Positions 9,422 to 19,309 of a stretch of 64,000 nucleotides of DNA are shown here, piece by piece; position 1 is the first letter of the stretch, and every line of letters starts with the position of its first letter. The position numbers and the translations under genes were made by a program. Below the pieces are notes generated by a model that worked only from the letters and a program-made list of their open reading frames with translations, did not search any database and was not told the DNA's origin. Origin of the DNA: Bdellovibrionales bacterium (GTDB lineage Bacteria; Bdellovibrionota; Bdellovibrionia; Bdellovibrionales; UBA1609); assembly GCA_965200875.1 (NCBI GenBank), contig OZ241456.1:608001-672000 (forward strand). The letters run 5' to 3'.

Positions 9422-10417
9422 TTGAAAAAAATTAAAATAGGCATTAATGGTTTTGGCCGGATTGGCCGTTGCCTGTTGCGTCTGGGTTTGGAAGAATTGG
9501 ATATTGTGGCTGTAAACAGTCGCTCTTCCATTGCAATGGCTACACATCTGCTTAAGTATGACAGTATTCATGGAACATATCCAAAATCGATTTCCCTTTT
9601 AAACAATCAGATTCAGGTTGGCGAAAAGAAAATAATTTATAATTCTTACCCTCATCCTGCTGAAATTCCCTGGAGTCAATGGGGTGTGGATTTGGTATTG
9701 GAATGTTCTGGTTTTTTTAAGAAAAGAGAAGACTTGGAGGGACATTTTAAAGGTGGCGCGAAAATGGTTTTTGTATCCGCCCCGGCTAAAGGAGAGGATT
9801 TTACTGTAATATATGGGGTGAACCACCACTTATTTCAATCAGAGAAACATAAAATTATCAGTAATGGTTCCTGCACTACCAATTGCCTAGCTCCTTTGAT
9901 AAAAGTACTGGATGAGAAGTTTAAAATACAGGATTTAATGTTTACAACAGTGCATGCCTATACTCAGGATCAAAAACTTTTGGATGCTTCACACAAAAAA
10001 GATTTGCGGAGGGCGCGTTCTGCCACGCTTTCCATGATTCCCACCAGTACAGGAGCTGTAAAAGCACTGACTAGGGTTTTTCCAAATTTAGCCGGTAAAA
10101 TAAATGGTCTGGCCGTTCGTGTTCCTACAGCTAATGTGAGTTTGGTGGATTTAGTGTTTCGCTCTCAGCTTAAAATAAGCTCTCAAATTATAAACTCCGC
10201 TTTTCTATCCGCCGAAAAAACAGATTTAAAAGCTGTGCTGGCCTGTGAGGAAAAAGAACTGGTTAGTGTGGATTTTAATGGAAGTCTCTACAGCTCTGTT
10301 GTGGATACTTCCTGTACAATGGTGACGGAAGATGGTTTGGGGAAAGTGTTGGCTTGGTACGACAACGAGACTGGTTTTTCCCAAAGAATGATTGATTTCA
10401 TAAAATATTGCCTGTAA
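9422..10417 (+). CDS. gap: Glyceraldehyde-3-phosphate dehydrogenase type I
   Basis: GINGFGRIGR, SCTTNCLAP, RVPT.NVS, WYDNE. Confidence 0.95.
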   Translation: MKKIKIGINGFGRIGRCLLRLGLEELDIVAVNSRSSIAMATHLLKYDSIHGTYPKSISLLNNQIQVGEKKIIYNSYPHPAEIPWSQWGVDLVLECSGFFKKREDLEGHFKGGAKMVFVSAPAKGEDFTVIYGVNHHLFQSEKHKIISNGSCTTNCLAPLIKVLDEKFKIQDLMFTTVHAYTQDQKLLDASHKKDLRRARSATLSMIPTSTGAVKALTRVFPNLAGKINGLAVRVPTANVSLVDLVFRSQLKISSQIINSAFLSAEKTDLKAVLACEEKELVSVDFNGSLYSSVVDTSCTMVTEDGLGKVLAWYDNETGFSQRMIDFIKYCL

Positions 10418-10473
10418 ATTATTTTTCAAGGTTTTCTTTGTATTTTTATTAAGGTTTTTGTATTTTCTGGTTT

Positions 10474-11685
10474 ATGTTCAGACGGAATATCTACTCCATT
10501 GATGATTTTGATTTAAAGAATAAAACTGTTTTTATTCGAACAGACTTTAACATTCCTGTTAAAAACGGAAAAGTGGAGGAGCATATTCGCCTGCAACGCG
10601 CACTTACCACTTTGCGATACGCTCTTGAACATCAAGCTAAAGTTATCATTGGCAGTCATCGTGGTCGTCCGGTGGCAAATAATAAAAAGGAATTGAGTTT
10701 AGAACCGTTTGGTTATTATCTGGGAAAACATTTGAATTGTGAGGTATTGTTTATTGAAGAAATTGACTCCCCAGTTCCCTCTGTTTTGCTTTCTTCTTTA
10801 AACGAGAAGAAAATTATTTTACTGGAAAATCTGAGATTCCACCCGGGTGAGGAAACAGGAGATGAAAAGTGGGCAGAGCAAATATCCTCTTATGTGGATA
10901 TTTACATTAACGAGGCATTTAGTGTTTCCCATAGAAAGCATACCAGCGTATGTGCTCTTCCTCGGAAAGTAAAGACACGGGGTCAGGGTTTTTCCATGAA
11001 GAAAGAAAGAGAGGTATTGGATTATATTCGAAATGACTCTCCTTCTCCTTTTATGTTGTTGATAGGAGGTGTAAAGATTGGTGACAAGATAAAAGCCATT
11101 AGCCGTTTAATGGATCGTGTGGATTCTGTTTTGATAGGAGGAAGTATGGCTTGTGCTTTTTTAAAGGCTGATGGAGTTTATACCGGAGAGGTTTTCGTGA
11201 AAAAAGAAAGTGTGAAAGTTGCTGAGGATTTTATGAATCGTCTTCGGGTTCGTGGAAAAAAATTATTATTGCCTGTGGATCATATTGTGGTACCGGTTAA
11301 TGGAAATAAAAATAAAACACAGGTTGTTTCAAGAGACGCAGTACCAAAAGGTTTTTGTCCTATGGATATAGGACCTAAAACTTCAGAGCTTTTTGCTTCT
11401 GCTTTGCAGAAAGCGCAAACTATTTTTTGGAATGGGCCTTTTGGAAAATTTGAAGATCCTTTATTTGAGAAAGGGACAAATTCTTTATGTGAAGCTATCT
11501 CTGCCTGTAAAGGTGCTTTTCGGGTGGTGGGGGGTGGTGATTCCATTTCTGCGGTTTTGAAATCCGGGAAAAATGAATGTTTCGACTATATCTCCACGGG
11601 TGGTGGTGCGGGGTTAAAATATTTGGAGCAGGGCAGTCTTCCCGGCATTCAAAGTTTAATCACCAAAGAGGAAGAAAGCAGATGA
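10474..11685 (+). CDS. pgk: Phosphoglycerate kinase
   Basis: RTDFNIP, SHRGRP, LLENLRF, WNGP.G.FE, GGGDS, ISTGGGA. Confidence 0.95.
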   Translation: MFRRNIYSIDDFDLKNKTVFIRTDFNIPVKNGKVEEHIRLQRALTTLRYALEHQAKVIIGSHRGRPVANNKKELSLEPFGYYLGKHLNCEVLFIEEIDSPVPSVLLSSLNEKKIILLENLRFHPGEETGDEKWAEQISSYVDIYINEAFSVSHRKHTSVCALPRKVKTRGQGFSMKKEREVLDYIRNDSPSPFMLLIGGVKIGDKIKAISRLMDRVDSVLIGGSMACAFLKADGVYTGEVFVKKESVKVAEDFMNRLRVRGKKLLLPVDHIVVPVNGNKNKTQVVSRDAVPKGFCPMDIGPKTSELFASALQKAQTIFWNGPFGKFEDPLFEKGTNSLCEAISACKGAFRVVGGGDSISAVLKSGKNECFDYISTGGGAGLKYLEQGSLPGIQSLITKEEESR

Positions 11686-12296
11686 AATCAAAAGTTGCTT
11701 TGGATAAAATGATTTTAGCCAGTGGTTCTGTTTCCAGAAGGCAACAATTAATAGATCTAAAGTTTAAATTTACTGTTGAAGTCTCCGGTATTGATGAGAG
11801 TTCTTATAAAGAAAAAATTGGAAAAGGTCATTTTGCGGAAGAAATATGCCAGCAACTTACCCGTGCAAAAGTGGAAAAGGTGGCAAAGAAATATCCTTCT
11901 GCTCTTGTTTTGGGAGGGGATCAAATGGCGGTTCTGGGTGATCGGATATTTGACAAGCCACATACAAAAGAGCAGGCTTTGCGATCTTTGATGGCACTTC
12001 AGGGAAAAACCCATCGTCTGTTAACGGGCCTTCATATTTGTTATCAGAAAAAGGTTTTTTCTTATTTGGAGATAAACAAGATGACAATGCGAGCACTGAC
12101 AGAATCTCAAATTAAAAAGTATGTGGAAATAGCCAAGCCATTACATTGTGCAGGTTCTTACGCATTGGAGCGATATGGGATTGCTCTATTTGAAAAAATA
12201 GACACAAAAGACCAAAGTGCTGTTATTGGTTTTCCTCTTATAGCACTTATCAATCAGCTGACGAAATGGAATATTTCTCTCCCGTTTTTTGATTAA
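11682..12296 (+). CDS. maf: Maf family nucleotide pyrophosphatase (YceF-like)
   Basis: ILAS.S..R, IDE, GGDQ, KP, CAGSY; ATGA overlap with the pgk stop. Confidence 0.88.
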   Translation: MKSKVALDKMILASGSVSRRQQLIDLKFKFTVEVSGIDESSYKEKIGKGHFAEEICQQLTRAKVEKVAKKYPSALVLGGDQMAVLGDRIFDKPHTKEQALRSLMALQGKTHRLLTGLHICYQKKVFSYLEINKMTMRALTESQIKKYVEIAKPLHCAGSYALERYGIALFEKIDTKDQSAVIGFPLIALINQLTKWNISLPFFD

Positions 12297-12501
12297 GCGA
12301 GTTTTTAGAGGTGGTTGGTTTTGACATTATATTTTATCCGGCTAAACTGTTTAAAGCTTTTTCTTTGTATTGAAAGAACTGTTTGAACCTTTGCACTATA
12401 AACCAGAAGTTACTTGTTTTTTTCTTTGGCAGTTATTATACTCCTCCTGTTTTAAATTACCGGAAAGAAAACCCAGATTAATTTACACTGGCGAAAGTAA
12501 A

Positions 12502-13545
12502 ATGGCAAAATGGACTTATTTTCATAATATGGATCCTTTTATTATTCAGTTTACGGATAATTTCGGGCTGAGATGGTATTCTATGGCTTATATTATTGGA
12601 TTCTTCTTAGGTTATTTATTAATAAAAAGATTGGTAGAGAAAAATATTAGTCCACTTTCCAAAAAGGATGCAAGTGACTGTATTATTTGGATGGCTTTTG
12701 GAGTGATTCTTGGAGGGAGATTGGGGTATGCTGTATTTTATGCCCCTGAAATTTTGTTGGATTTTGATTCTCATTTTCCTTATTGGGAGGCTATAAAAAT
12801 ACATCATGGAGGTTTAGCTAGTCACGGAGGTATTATAGGTTTGGTGTTAGCCACTTTGTTGTTTGCAAAAAAGCGGGGTTTTTCCCCTTATCACTGTCTG
12901 GATTTAACAGTTTTAGGAGGCTTGGGGGTTTTTTGTGGAAGGATAGCCAATTTCATTAATGGGGAATTATATGGAAGAGTCATAGAAGGGAAAACTCTAT
13001 GGGCTGTTCAGTTTCCACAGGAAATGCTGTCATGGGTGTCTCAGAAGAAATTCGAATCTTTAAAAAGTTTATCCACTGCGTTCTCTAAACTGCAATCAAA
13101 TGTCAATCCAGATATGTGGAGGGACTGGATTTATCAATTTGAATCCAGTGGAAGTTATAAAGCGCAAATTTATTCTGCTATTCACTTTTTAATGGAATCC
13201 TGTAAAGAAGGAAATAAAGAAGTGATTTCCTCTTTAAAAGAGGTATTGCCTTTTCGTCATCCTTCCCAGCTCTATCAGGCTTTTTTGGAAGGTTTGTTTC
13301 CGTTTTTGATCGCTTGGTTTTTGTTCAATAAAAGACATTTAAAACCAGGGATGATTGGTGTTGTCTGGGCTTTATGTTACGGCTTTATGCGAATATTGGG
13401 GGAGCAATTCAGACAACCGGATGCTCATTTGGGTTTTGAAGCTTTAGGTCTGACCCGCGGGCAGTGGTTGAGTATATTTATGCTTGTATGTATTGTGATT
13501 TATTTTGTTTTTGTTTTAAGAAGTCGCCAAAAATCACTTAAATAA
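12502..13545 (+). CDS. lgt: Prolipoprotein diacylglyceryl transferase
   Basis: RWYS, GGRLGY, GGLASHGG, GRIANFINGELYGR, RHPSQLYQ, RQPD. Confidence 0.95.
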   Translation: MAKWTYFHNMDPFIIQFTDNFGLRWYSMAYIIGFFLGYLLIKRLVEKNISPLSKKDASDCIIWMAFGVILGGRLGYAVFYAPEILLDFDSHFPYWEAIKIHHGGLASHGGIIGLVLATLLFAKKRGFSPYHCLDLTVLGGLGVFCGRIANFINGELYGRVIEGKTLWAVQFPQEMLSWVSQKKFESLKSLSTAFSKLQSNVNPDMWRDWIYQFESSGSYKAQIYSAIHFLMESCKEGNKEVISSLKEVLPFRHPSQLYQAFLEGLFPFLIAWFLFNKRHLKPGMIGVVWALCYGFMRILGEQFRQPDAHLGFEALGLTRGQWLSIFMLVCIVIYFVFVLRSRQKSLK

Positions 13546-13627
13546 TCTACCAGTTTTTTTGTTCCATCTGCTTGACAAAATTTATTTTGTACACACCTTT
13601 AAGGTAAATTAAATATTAAAACAGGAG

Positions 13628-14113
13628 GTGTTTTTTATGAACTTAAGACTATATCAGAACAAACCTGTAAGCTGGTTTGATGATTTTGCACATTCTATGG
13701 ATCATTTCTGGAATACTCCATTGGCAAAAAATGAGAGGGAGTTTTTTCCGGCTTGTGATTTTCAGGAAAACAAAGATTATTACTTTTTCAGCTTTGATGT
13801 TCCGGGGATGAAAAAAGAGGATATTCAAATTGAATTTCACGATGGTAGTGTGCGTATTTCTGGAGAAAAAAAGGATGAGTACAAGGGACAAAACACCGAA
13901 GGTCAGAAATTTCGTGAAAAATTTTATGGCAAGTTTCAAAGATCTTTCTCTCTTCCGGCTACAGTAAAAGAGGACGCTATTGAAGCTCATTATAAAAACG
14001 GCGTTTTGGAGTTGTTGATTCCTAAAAAAGAAGCCAGTAAAGGTAGAAAAATATCAGTAAAGGAAGAAAACAAGGGCGGACTTTTCTCTCGCTTGTTGAA
14101 AGACAGTGATTAA
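13628..14113 (+). CDS. Hsp20/alpha-crystallin small heat shock protein
   Basis: DVPGMKKEDI, ISGEK, YGKFQRSFSLP, A.YKNGVLEL..PK; TTGACA at 13572 and AGGAGG SD. Confidence 0.93.
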   Translation: MFFMNLRLYQNKPVSWFDDFAHSMDHFWNTPLAKNEREFFPACDFQENKDYYFFSFDVPGMKKEDIQIEFHDGSVRISGEKKDEYKGQNTEGQKFREKFYGKFQRSFSLPATVKEDAIEAHYKNGVLELLIPKKEASKGRKISVKEENKGGLFSRLLKDSD

Positions 14114-14177
14114 GCTCATCCTTTTTGACCAAACTGATAAAGCTTTTAACGCATTTTTATTACTTGATTTTTTTATA

Positions 14178-14245
14178 AAAGGTGTGGAAAATAACTACAC
14201 GGGAAGTCCTAAGTAGAAGGGCTTTCCGTTTTTCCACTACACTTT
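14178..14245. other. Long hairpin between hsp20 and lpdA (terminator or 5' leader structure)
   Basis: GTGGAAAA...ACGGGAAGTCCT-loop-AGGGCTTTCCGT-TTTTCCAC nested inverted repeats. Confidence 0.5.
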
Positions 14246-14289
14246 GAAGCAGGCTTTGGGTGCACAGCGGATGAAGGAGTTAATATATA

Positions 14290-15705
14290 ATGAAAAAAGA
14301 AATTAAATCTTATGATTTGATAATAATCGGTGCGGGACCAGGAGGTTACACGGGAGCTATTCGTGCGAGACAACTAGGACTGAAAACCGCCGTTGTGGAA
14401 AAAGACAAAGCTCTGGGAGGCACCTGTTTGAATGTGGGTTGCATTCCCTCAAAAGCTCTTTTGGATTCTTCTGAACATTATCATTTTGCCAGAGAGGAAA
14501 TGAGTGCTCACGGTGTAAAAGCTGATTCTGTTTCTTTGGATCTGACAACCATGATGAATCGCAAGAGTAAAATCGTAAAAGAGCTTACCGGAGGCATTCA
14601 GTATCTGTTCCAAAAAAATAAAATTGATCGCTATGAAGGAACAGGAGCTTTTATGGGATCGTCTCATCAAGTGCAGGTCACAAAAGGTTCAAATACCCAG
14701 ATTATTGAAGGCAAACACATTATGCTTGCCACAGGGAGTGCTCCTAATCCTCTGCCCAATATACCTTTTGACGGCGAAAGAGTTATTTCCTCCACAGAAG
14801 CCTTGAGTTTAAATAAAGTTCCAAACACACTTTTAATCGTTGGAGGTGGATATATTGGCTTGGAGATGGCTTCAGTTTGGTCCCGGCTTGGTGCGGAAGT
14901 AATTGTTCTGGAATACGCAGATCGGCTTTGCCCAATGATGGATCAGGAACTATCTAAAGCATTATTAAAAGTATTGCGGAAACAAAAAATAAAAATCCTT
15001 TTGCAAAGTGCAGTTCAGAAAACCAAACCTGTAAAGTCCGGTGTAGAATTGCTATACACAAACAAAGAAGGTGAAACTCTTTCTTTAACAGGGGATTATG
15101 TTTTGTTGGCTGTTGGCAGAAAACCCTACACTCAGGAGTTGGGTTTGGAAAAAGTGAATATTAAAACTGACCAAAAAGGATTTTTGCCAGTGGATGAACA
15201 ATGGAGAACGAAAGAACATCCTCATATTTTTGCTATTGGCGATCTTATTGGAGGGGCCATGCTGGCTCACAAAGCTGAAGAGGAGGGTGTGGCAGTAGCT
15301 GAAATCATTGCCGGTCAGGCTGGTCATGTTCATTATGAAACTGTCCCTTCCGTTATTTACACTTGGCCGGAGGTGGCAAGTGTGGGAAAAACAGAAGAAG
15401 AGCTGAAAATCAAATCTGTGCGATATAACTCTGGAAAGTTTCCTTTCACAGCCAATGGAAGAGCGAAAGCCCTTGGATATACGGAAGGTTTTGTGAAAAT
15501 CTTGGCTGATGCTGACACGGATCAAATTTTAGGCACACATATAATAGGCCCCAGAGCTTCTGATATGATATCAGAAGCTGTGGTGGCGATGGAATTTGGC
15601 GCGAGCAGTGAAGACTTAGCTAGAAGTTTTCATGCTCATCCCACTTTGTCTGAGGCCATGAGAGAGTCGGCCTTGAATGTGCAAAAAAGGGCGAGACAAT
15701 TTTAA
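14290..15705 (+). CDS. lpdA: Dihydrolipoamide dehydrogenase
   Basis: GAGPGGY, GGTCLNVGCIPSK, GGGYIGLE, HAHPTLSE. Confidence 0.97.
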   Translation: MKKEIKSYDLIIIGAGPGGYTGAIRARQLGLKTAVVEKDKALGGTCLNVGCIPSKALLDSSEHYHFAREEMSAHGVKADSVSLDLTTMMNRKSKIVKELTGGIQYLFQKNKIDRYEGTGAFMGSSHQVQVTKGSNTQIIEGKHIMLATGSAPNPLPNIPFDGERVISSTEALSLNKVPNTLLIVGGGYIGLEMASVWSRLGAEVIVLEYADRLCPMMDQELSKALLKVLRKQKIKILLQSAVQKTKPVKSGVELLYTNKEGETLSLTGDYVLLAVGRKPYTQELGLEKVNIKTDQKGFLPVDEQWRTKEHPHIFAIGDLIGGAMLAHKAEEEGVAVAEIIAGQAGHVHYETVPSVIYTWPEVASVGKTEEELKIKSVRYNSGKFPFTANGRAKALGYTEGFVKILADADTDQILGTHIIGPRASDMISEAVVAMEFGASSEDLARSFHAHPTLSEAMRESALNVQKRARQF

Positions 15706-15951
15706 ATGAAAGGGAAAAATATACCTACTCTTGATCTTCATGGTTGTACGCGAGATGAGGTGAGCAGTCTTCTGGATCGATTCATCGTAAAACACAATAC
15801 ACATGAAGAACTACGTGTGATTGTCGGAAAAGGTCGCGGAATCGTAAAACAAAAAACCATTGAATATTTAAAAGGTGCACACTATCCTTGGAGATACGAA
15901 AAAGTGAGAGGAATAGAAAACCCAGGTGCTTTGATTGTGGATATGAGCTAG
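15706..15951 (+). CDS. Stand-alone Smr/MutS2 C-terminal domain protein
   Basis: LDLHG, VIVGKG, NPGALIV. Confidence 0.85.
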   Translation: MKGKNIPTLDLHGCTRDEVSSLLDRFIVKHNTHEELRVIVGKGRGIVKQKTIEYLKGAHYPWRYEKVRGIENPGALIVDMS

Positions 15952-15992
15952 TGAATGGGATATTTGATCAACAAGCCAGAAGGAAAATACTT

Positions 15993-17112
15993 ATGAGCAT
16001 CGAAACAGAAATACATGAGTTAAAATCACAGATGGATCAGATTCGCGAAAAAACGATGGATTTGCGGAGGTATCTTTGAATTGGACTCCAAAACAGAGCA
16101 TTTGCGGGAACTGGAGTCAAAAAGTCAAGATACTTCTTTATGGAGTGATCATCAAAAACTCAATGAAATAGCCAAAGAAAAAAAAGAGATAGAGAAAATT
16201 ATTGCAGAGTGGAACAGCCTTCATCAAAGTGTGGAGGACAGTCTTGTTTTGCTGAGTTTTCTAAAAGAAGAACCTGACGAGGATTCTTTTTCTGAATTAA
16301 AACGGGAGTATTTCATTATTGCTGAACAGTTAAAGGAACTGGAGCTGAAAAGTTTTTTGAGTGGTTCTCAGGATAAAAATAATTGTTATGTGGCTATTCA
16401 TGCTGGTGCAGGAGGGACAGAAGCCGGAGATTGGGCTGGTATTTTACAAAGGATGTACTTTAAGTGGGCGGAGCAAAAAAAGTTTTCTGTTGATATATTG
16501 TCTTTGAATGAAGCGGAAGAAGCTGGTATTCGTTCTGTGCAGTTTTTGGTAAAAGGTCTTTTTGCTTATGGATACTTGCGATCGGAAACAGGAGTGCATC
16601 GTTTGGTTCGTGTGAGTCCTTTTGACGCCAATTCTCGTCGTCATACCAGTTTTTCCAGTGTTTTTGTGTACCCGGAAGTGGATGACAATATAGAAATTAC
16701 AATCCAAGATGAGGACTTGAAAGTGGACACTTATCGGGCCAGTGGAGCTGGTGGGCAACATATCAATAAAACAGACAGTGCTGTGCGTATTACGCATATC
16801 CCCACTAATATTGTCATTCAATGCCAAAATCAAAGAAGCCAGCATGCCAACCGCAATCAAGCTATGAAAATGCTTAAAGCGGCACTCTACGAAAAGGAAG
16901 AAGAAACAAGAAGAAAAGAAAAAGAGTCTTTGGAGTCTTCCAAGAAAGCCAATGAATGGGGGAGTCAGATTCGATCTTATATTTTGCATCCGTACCGCAT
17001 GGTAAAAGATCATAGAACTGGCTGGGAGGTTGGAGATCCCCATACCGTGTTAAATGGCCGGTTGGATCCTTTTATTTCTGCTTATTTGAAGAGCCACTAC
17101 AATGAAGGATAA
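15993..17112 (+). CDS. prfB: Peptide chain release factor 2 with programmed +1 frameshift
   Basis: ORF from ATG 15993 ends GGAGG TAT CTT TGA A (16066-16080); the +1 frame carries GAGGTE, SPF and GGQ. Confidence 0.95.
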
Positions 17113-17140
17113 TGAGTAATGAATTTTTTAAGGATTAATT

Positions 17141-18355
17141 ATGTTTTTTCTTTTATGGCTTAAAAGGTTTTTTCTTTCCCGTCATCAGTTTATTCGTTTT
17201 ACTCCTCTTGTGAGCATTATCAGTCTTATTTTGGCAAGCTCCAGTCTTGTTTTGGCAATGTCTGTTTACAGTGGTTATGAAAGCACAGTAAGACAAACTA
17301 TTGTGGATATGACAGGACATCTTGTTATTACTTCCCGTCAGGTGGTTCACTCGCAAGACACTTTTTTGGAAAAAATAAAACCTAGTTTAAGTCACATAGA
17401 GGATTATGCACCTTTTATTACTTTAAAATCTTTATTGGTGTATGAAGGAAAGTTATCTGGGGTGTTGGTGGAGGGGGTTTCTGCTCAGGCCCAGCAGACT
17501 GTTCGTTTAAGAAAAAGGCTCATAGCCGGTGCTCTGCATCTTAAAAATCAACAATCTTCTGTAATAGGTCGAGGGATTGCAAAAAAATTTAACCTTAACC
17601 CGGGCGACTTTTTTCATATTGTTGTACCTGAAATGGACTCAAAAGGTTCTTTCCAAAACAAATATCGAAAGTTATATGTGGAAGGAGTGTTGGATTTTGG
17701 TTTTCATGCTTTTAACTCCCGACATATTATTGTTAATAGGGAATCTGCTCAAAGTTTACTCTCCTCTCCAGAAATGATTTCAGGCCTGCGCCTGCTTGTA
17801 AACGATCCTACTCAAACAGAATTATTGAAAGAGCAGTTTGTTCAAATGTTGGGAGCTTCTTACAGAGTCAGTGATTGGCAGGGTATTGTGAAAGATCTGC
17901 ATAAAAGTTATTTTGAAGCCGTTCGGCGGGAAAAGGTGTTAATTTTTCTTATATTGATGGTATTGGTATTGGCGGGAGCATTTAATGTGTCTTCTCATTT
18001 GGCTATTTCTGTTTTAAATCAAATTCGTGAGATTAGTATTTTGAAAGTGATGGGGGCGAGTCAGACTTTTATTTTCTCTCTTTTGCTGATTCAGGGCTTT
18101 CTTGTGAGTTTTGTGGGTGCTTTAATAGGAATAGGGGTGGGGTTTCTTCTCTCCAAAGGTTTTATAAGCGTTCAAAATGTCTGGCAAATTATTCCTGAAG
18201 ATGTGTATAAAATAAATACTATTATAACTGAGATGAGGTTTTCAGATATTTTACTCATTTTTATTTGTTCTCAGTTAGTGTGTTTAATGTCTTGTTTATT
18301 GCCAGCATGGAGAGCATTAAAGCTACCTCTGAAAGAGGGGCTACTCTATGAATAA
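17141..18355 (+). CDS. LolC/E-type lipoprotein release ABC permease
   Basis: FtsX-like topology, REISILKVMGA, PAWRA; adjacent ABC ATPase. Confidence 0.85.
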   Translation: MFFLLWLKRFFLSRHQFIRFTPLVSIISLILASSSLVLAMSVYSGYESTVRQTIVDMTGHLVITSRQVVHSQDTFLEKIKPSLSHIEDYAPFITLKSLLVYEGKLSGVLVEGVSAQAQQTVRLRKRLIAGALHLKNQQSSVIGRGIAKKFNLNPGDFFHIVVPEMDSKGSFQNKYRKLYVEGVLDFGFHAFNSRHIIVNRESAQSLLSSPEMISGLRLLVNDPTQTELLKEQFVQMLGASYRVSDWQGIVKDLHKSYFEAVRREKVLIFLILMVLVLAGAFNVSSHLAISVLNQIREISILKVMGASQTFIFSLLLIQGFLVSFVGALIGIGVGFLLSKGFISVQNVWQIIPEDVYKINTIITEMRFSDILLIFICSQLVCLMSCLLPAWRALKLPLKEGLLYE

Positions 18356-19221
18356 TGGTTGGTCAGAAAAGAAAAAAGGATAAGTGTGATATGGAAATTT
18401 TAACTGTAAAATCAGTGAGTAAAAGTTTCTCCAAAGGAGAAGGAACTATTAAAGTGTTGAAAAACATCAACTTGAAGATAAAAAAGAAATCAGCTGTTTG
18501 TATTACAGGTGGATCTGGTGTGGGAAAAAGCACTTTTCTGCATATTATTGGCACTTTGGATCGCCCCACTCAGGGAGAGGTGTTTTATTATAGTAAAAAT
18601 TTGAATTTGGCTACGGATAAGGAACTGGCAGAATTTAGAAGTTGCCGGATAGGCTTTATTTTTCAATTCCACTATTTATTAGGTGAGTTTAATGCACTTG
18701 AGAATATTATGATTGCAGGGCAAGTGGGGAAAAGAAATTTAAGTCGTGGAAATATGGTGGGGGATGTTTTTCCAAGCCCTTTTTCCTTGAGAAAGAAGGA
18801 ATCTGGCGAAAAAAAAATCAGTGAAGGCCAGGGAGTATTTGTTAAAAAACCATCTTTATGGAAAAACATACGAAAAGCATGGGGCGGGAGTTTTAAAGAG
18901 TCACAAGAGAGAGCAGAGTATCTGGCGGAATTAGTGGGGATTGCTGATCGCAGGAAACATTTTCCGGCGGAGTTAAGCGGAGGCGAGCAACAAAGAGTGG
19001 CTATTGCTCGCGCTCTTATGAATGAACCGGAAATTATATTGGCAGATGAACCTACGGGAAACCTGGATGCGAAAAATACAAGTTCTATTTTAAATATTTT
19101 TTTTGAATTAAAGGCCCGTTTTGGTATGACTTTTATTTCGGCCAGTCACGATCCCATGTTTGCTAAAGTTTTTCCAACAGTATTGAATATGAGAGATGGT
19201 TCTTTTAAGTCAAGCTCTTAA
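18355..19221 (+). CDS. lolD: LolD-type ABC ATPase with internal insertion
   Basis: [44 protein letters not shown]; start may be 18391. Confidence 0.88.
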   Translation: MVGQKRKKDKCDMEILTVKSVSKSFSKGEGTIKVLKNINLKIKKKSAVCITGGSGVGKSTFLHIIGTLDRPTQGEVFYYSKNLNLATDKELAEFRSCRIGFIFQFHYLLGEFNALENIMIAGQVGKRNLSRGNMVGDVFPSPFSLRKKESGEKKISEGQGVFVKKPSLWKNIRKAWGGSFKESQERAEYLAELVGIADRRKHFPAELSGGEQQRVAIARALMNEPEIILADEPTGNLDAKNTSSILNIFFELKARFGMTFISASHDPMFAKVFPTVLNMRDGSFKSSS

Positions 19222-19309
19222 GGAGTTTTTGAGAGAATGTTTAAAAACAATAGTCGCTGTTATTATCATTTTGATTTGCACCATACCATACACTAGGGCA
19301 AATTTGATA

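Noticed and set aside
13020..13250. Lgt internal segment counted among the unusual insertions
   Set aside because: Looks like an ordered helical region, and this Lgt loop is variable in length across bacteria
13546..13627. CIRCE operator upstream of hsp20
   Set aside because: No TTAGCACTC-N9-GAGTGCTAA match
15888..17112. prfB as a pseudogene or two genes
   Set aside because: The break is at the expected programmed frameshift position
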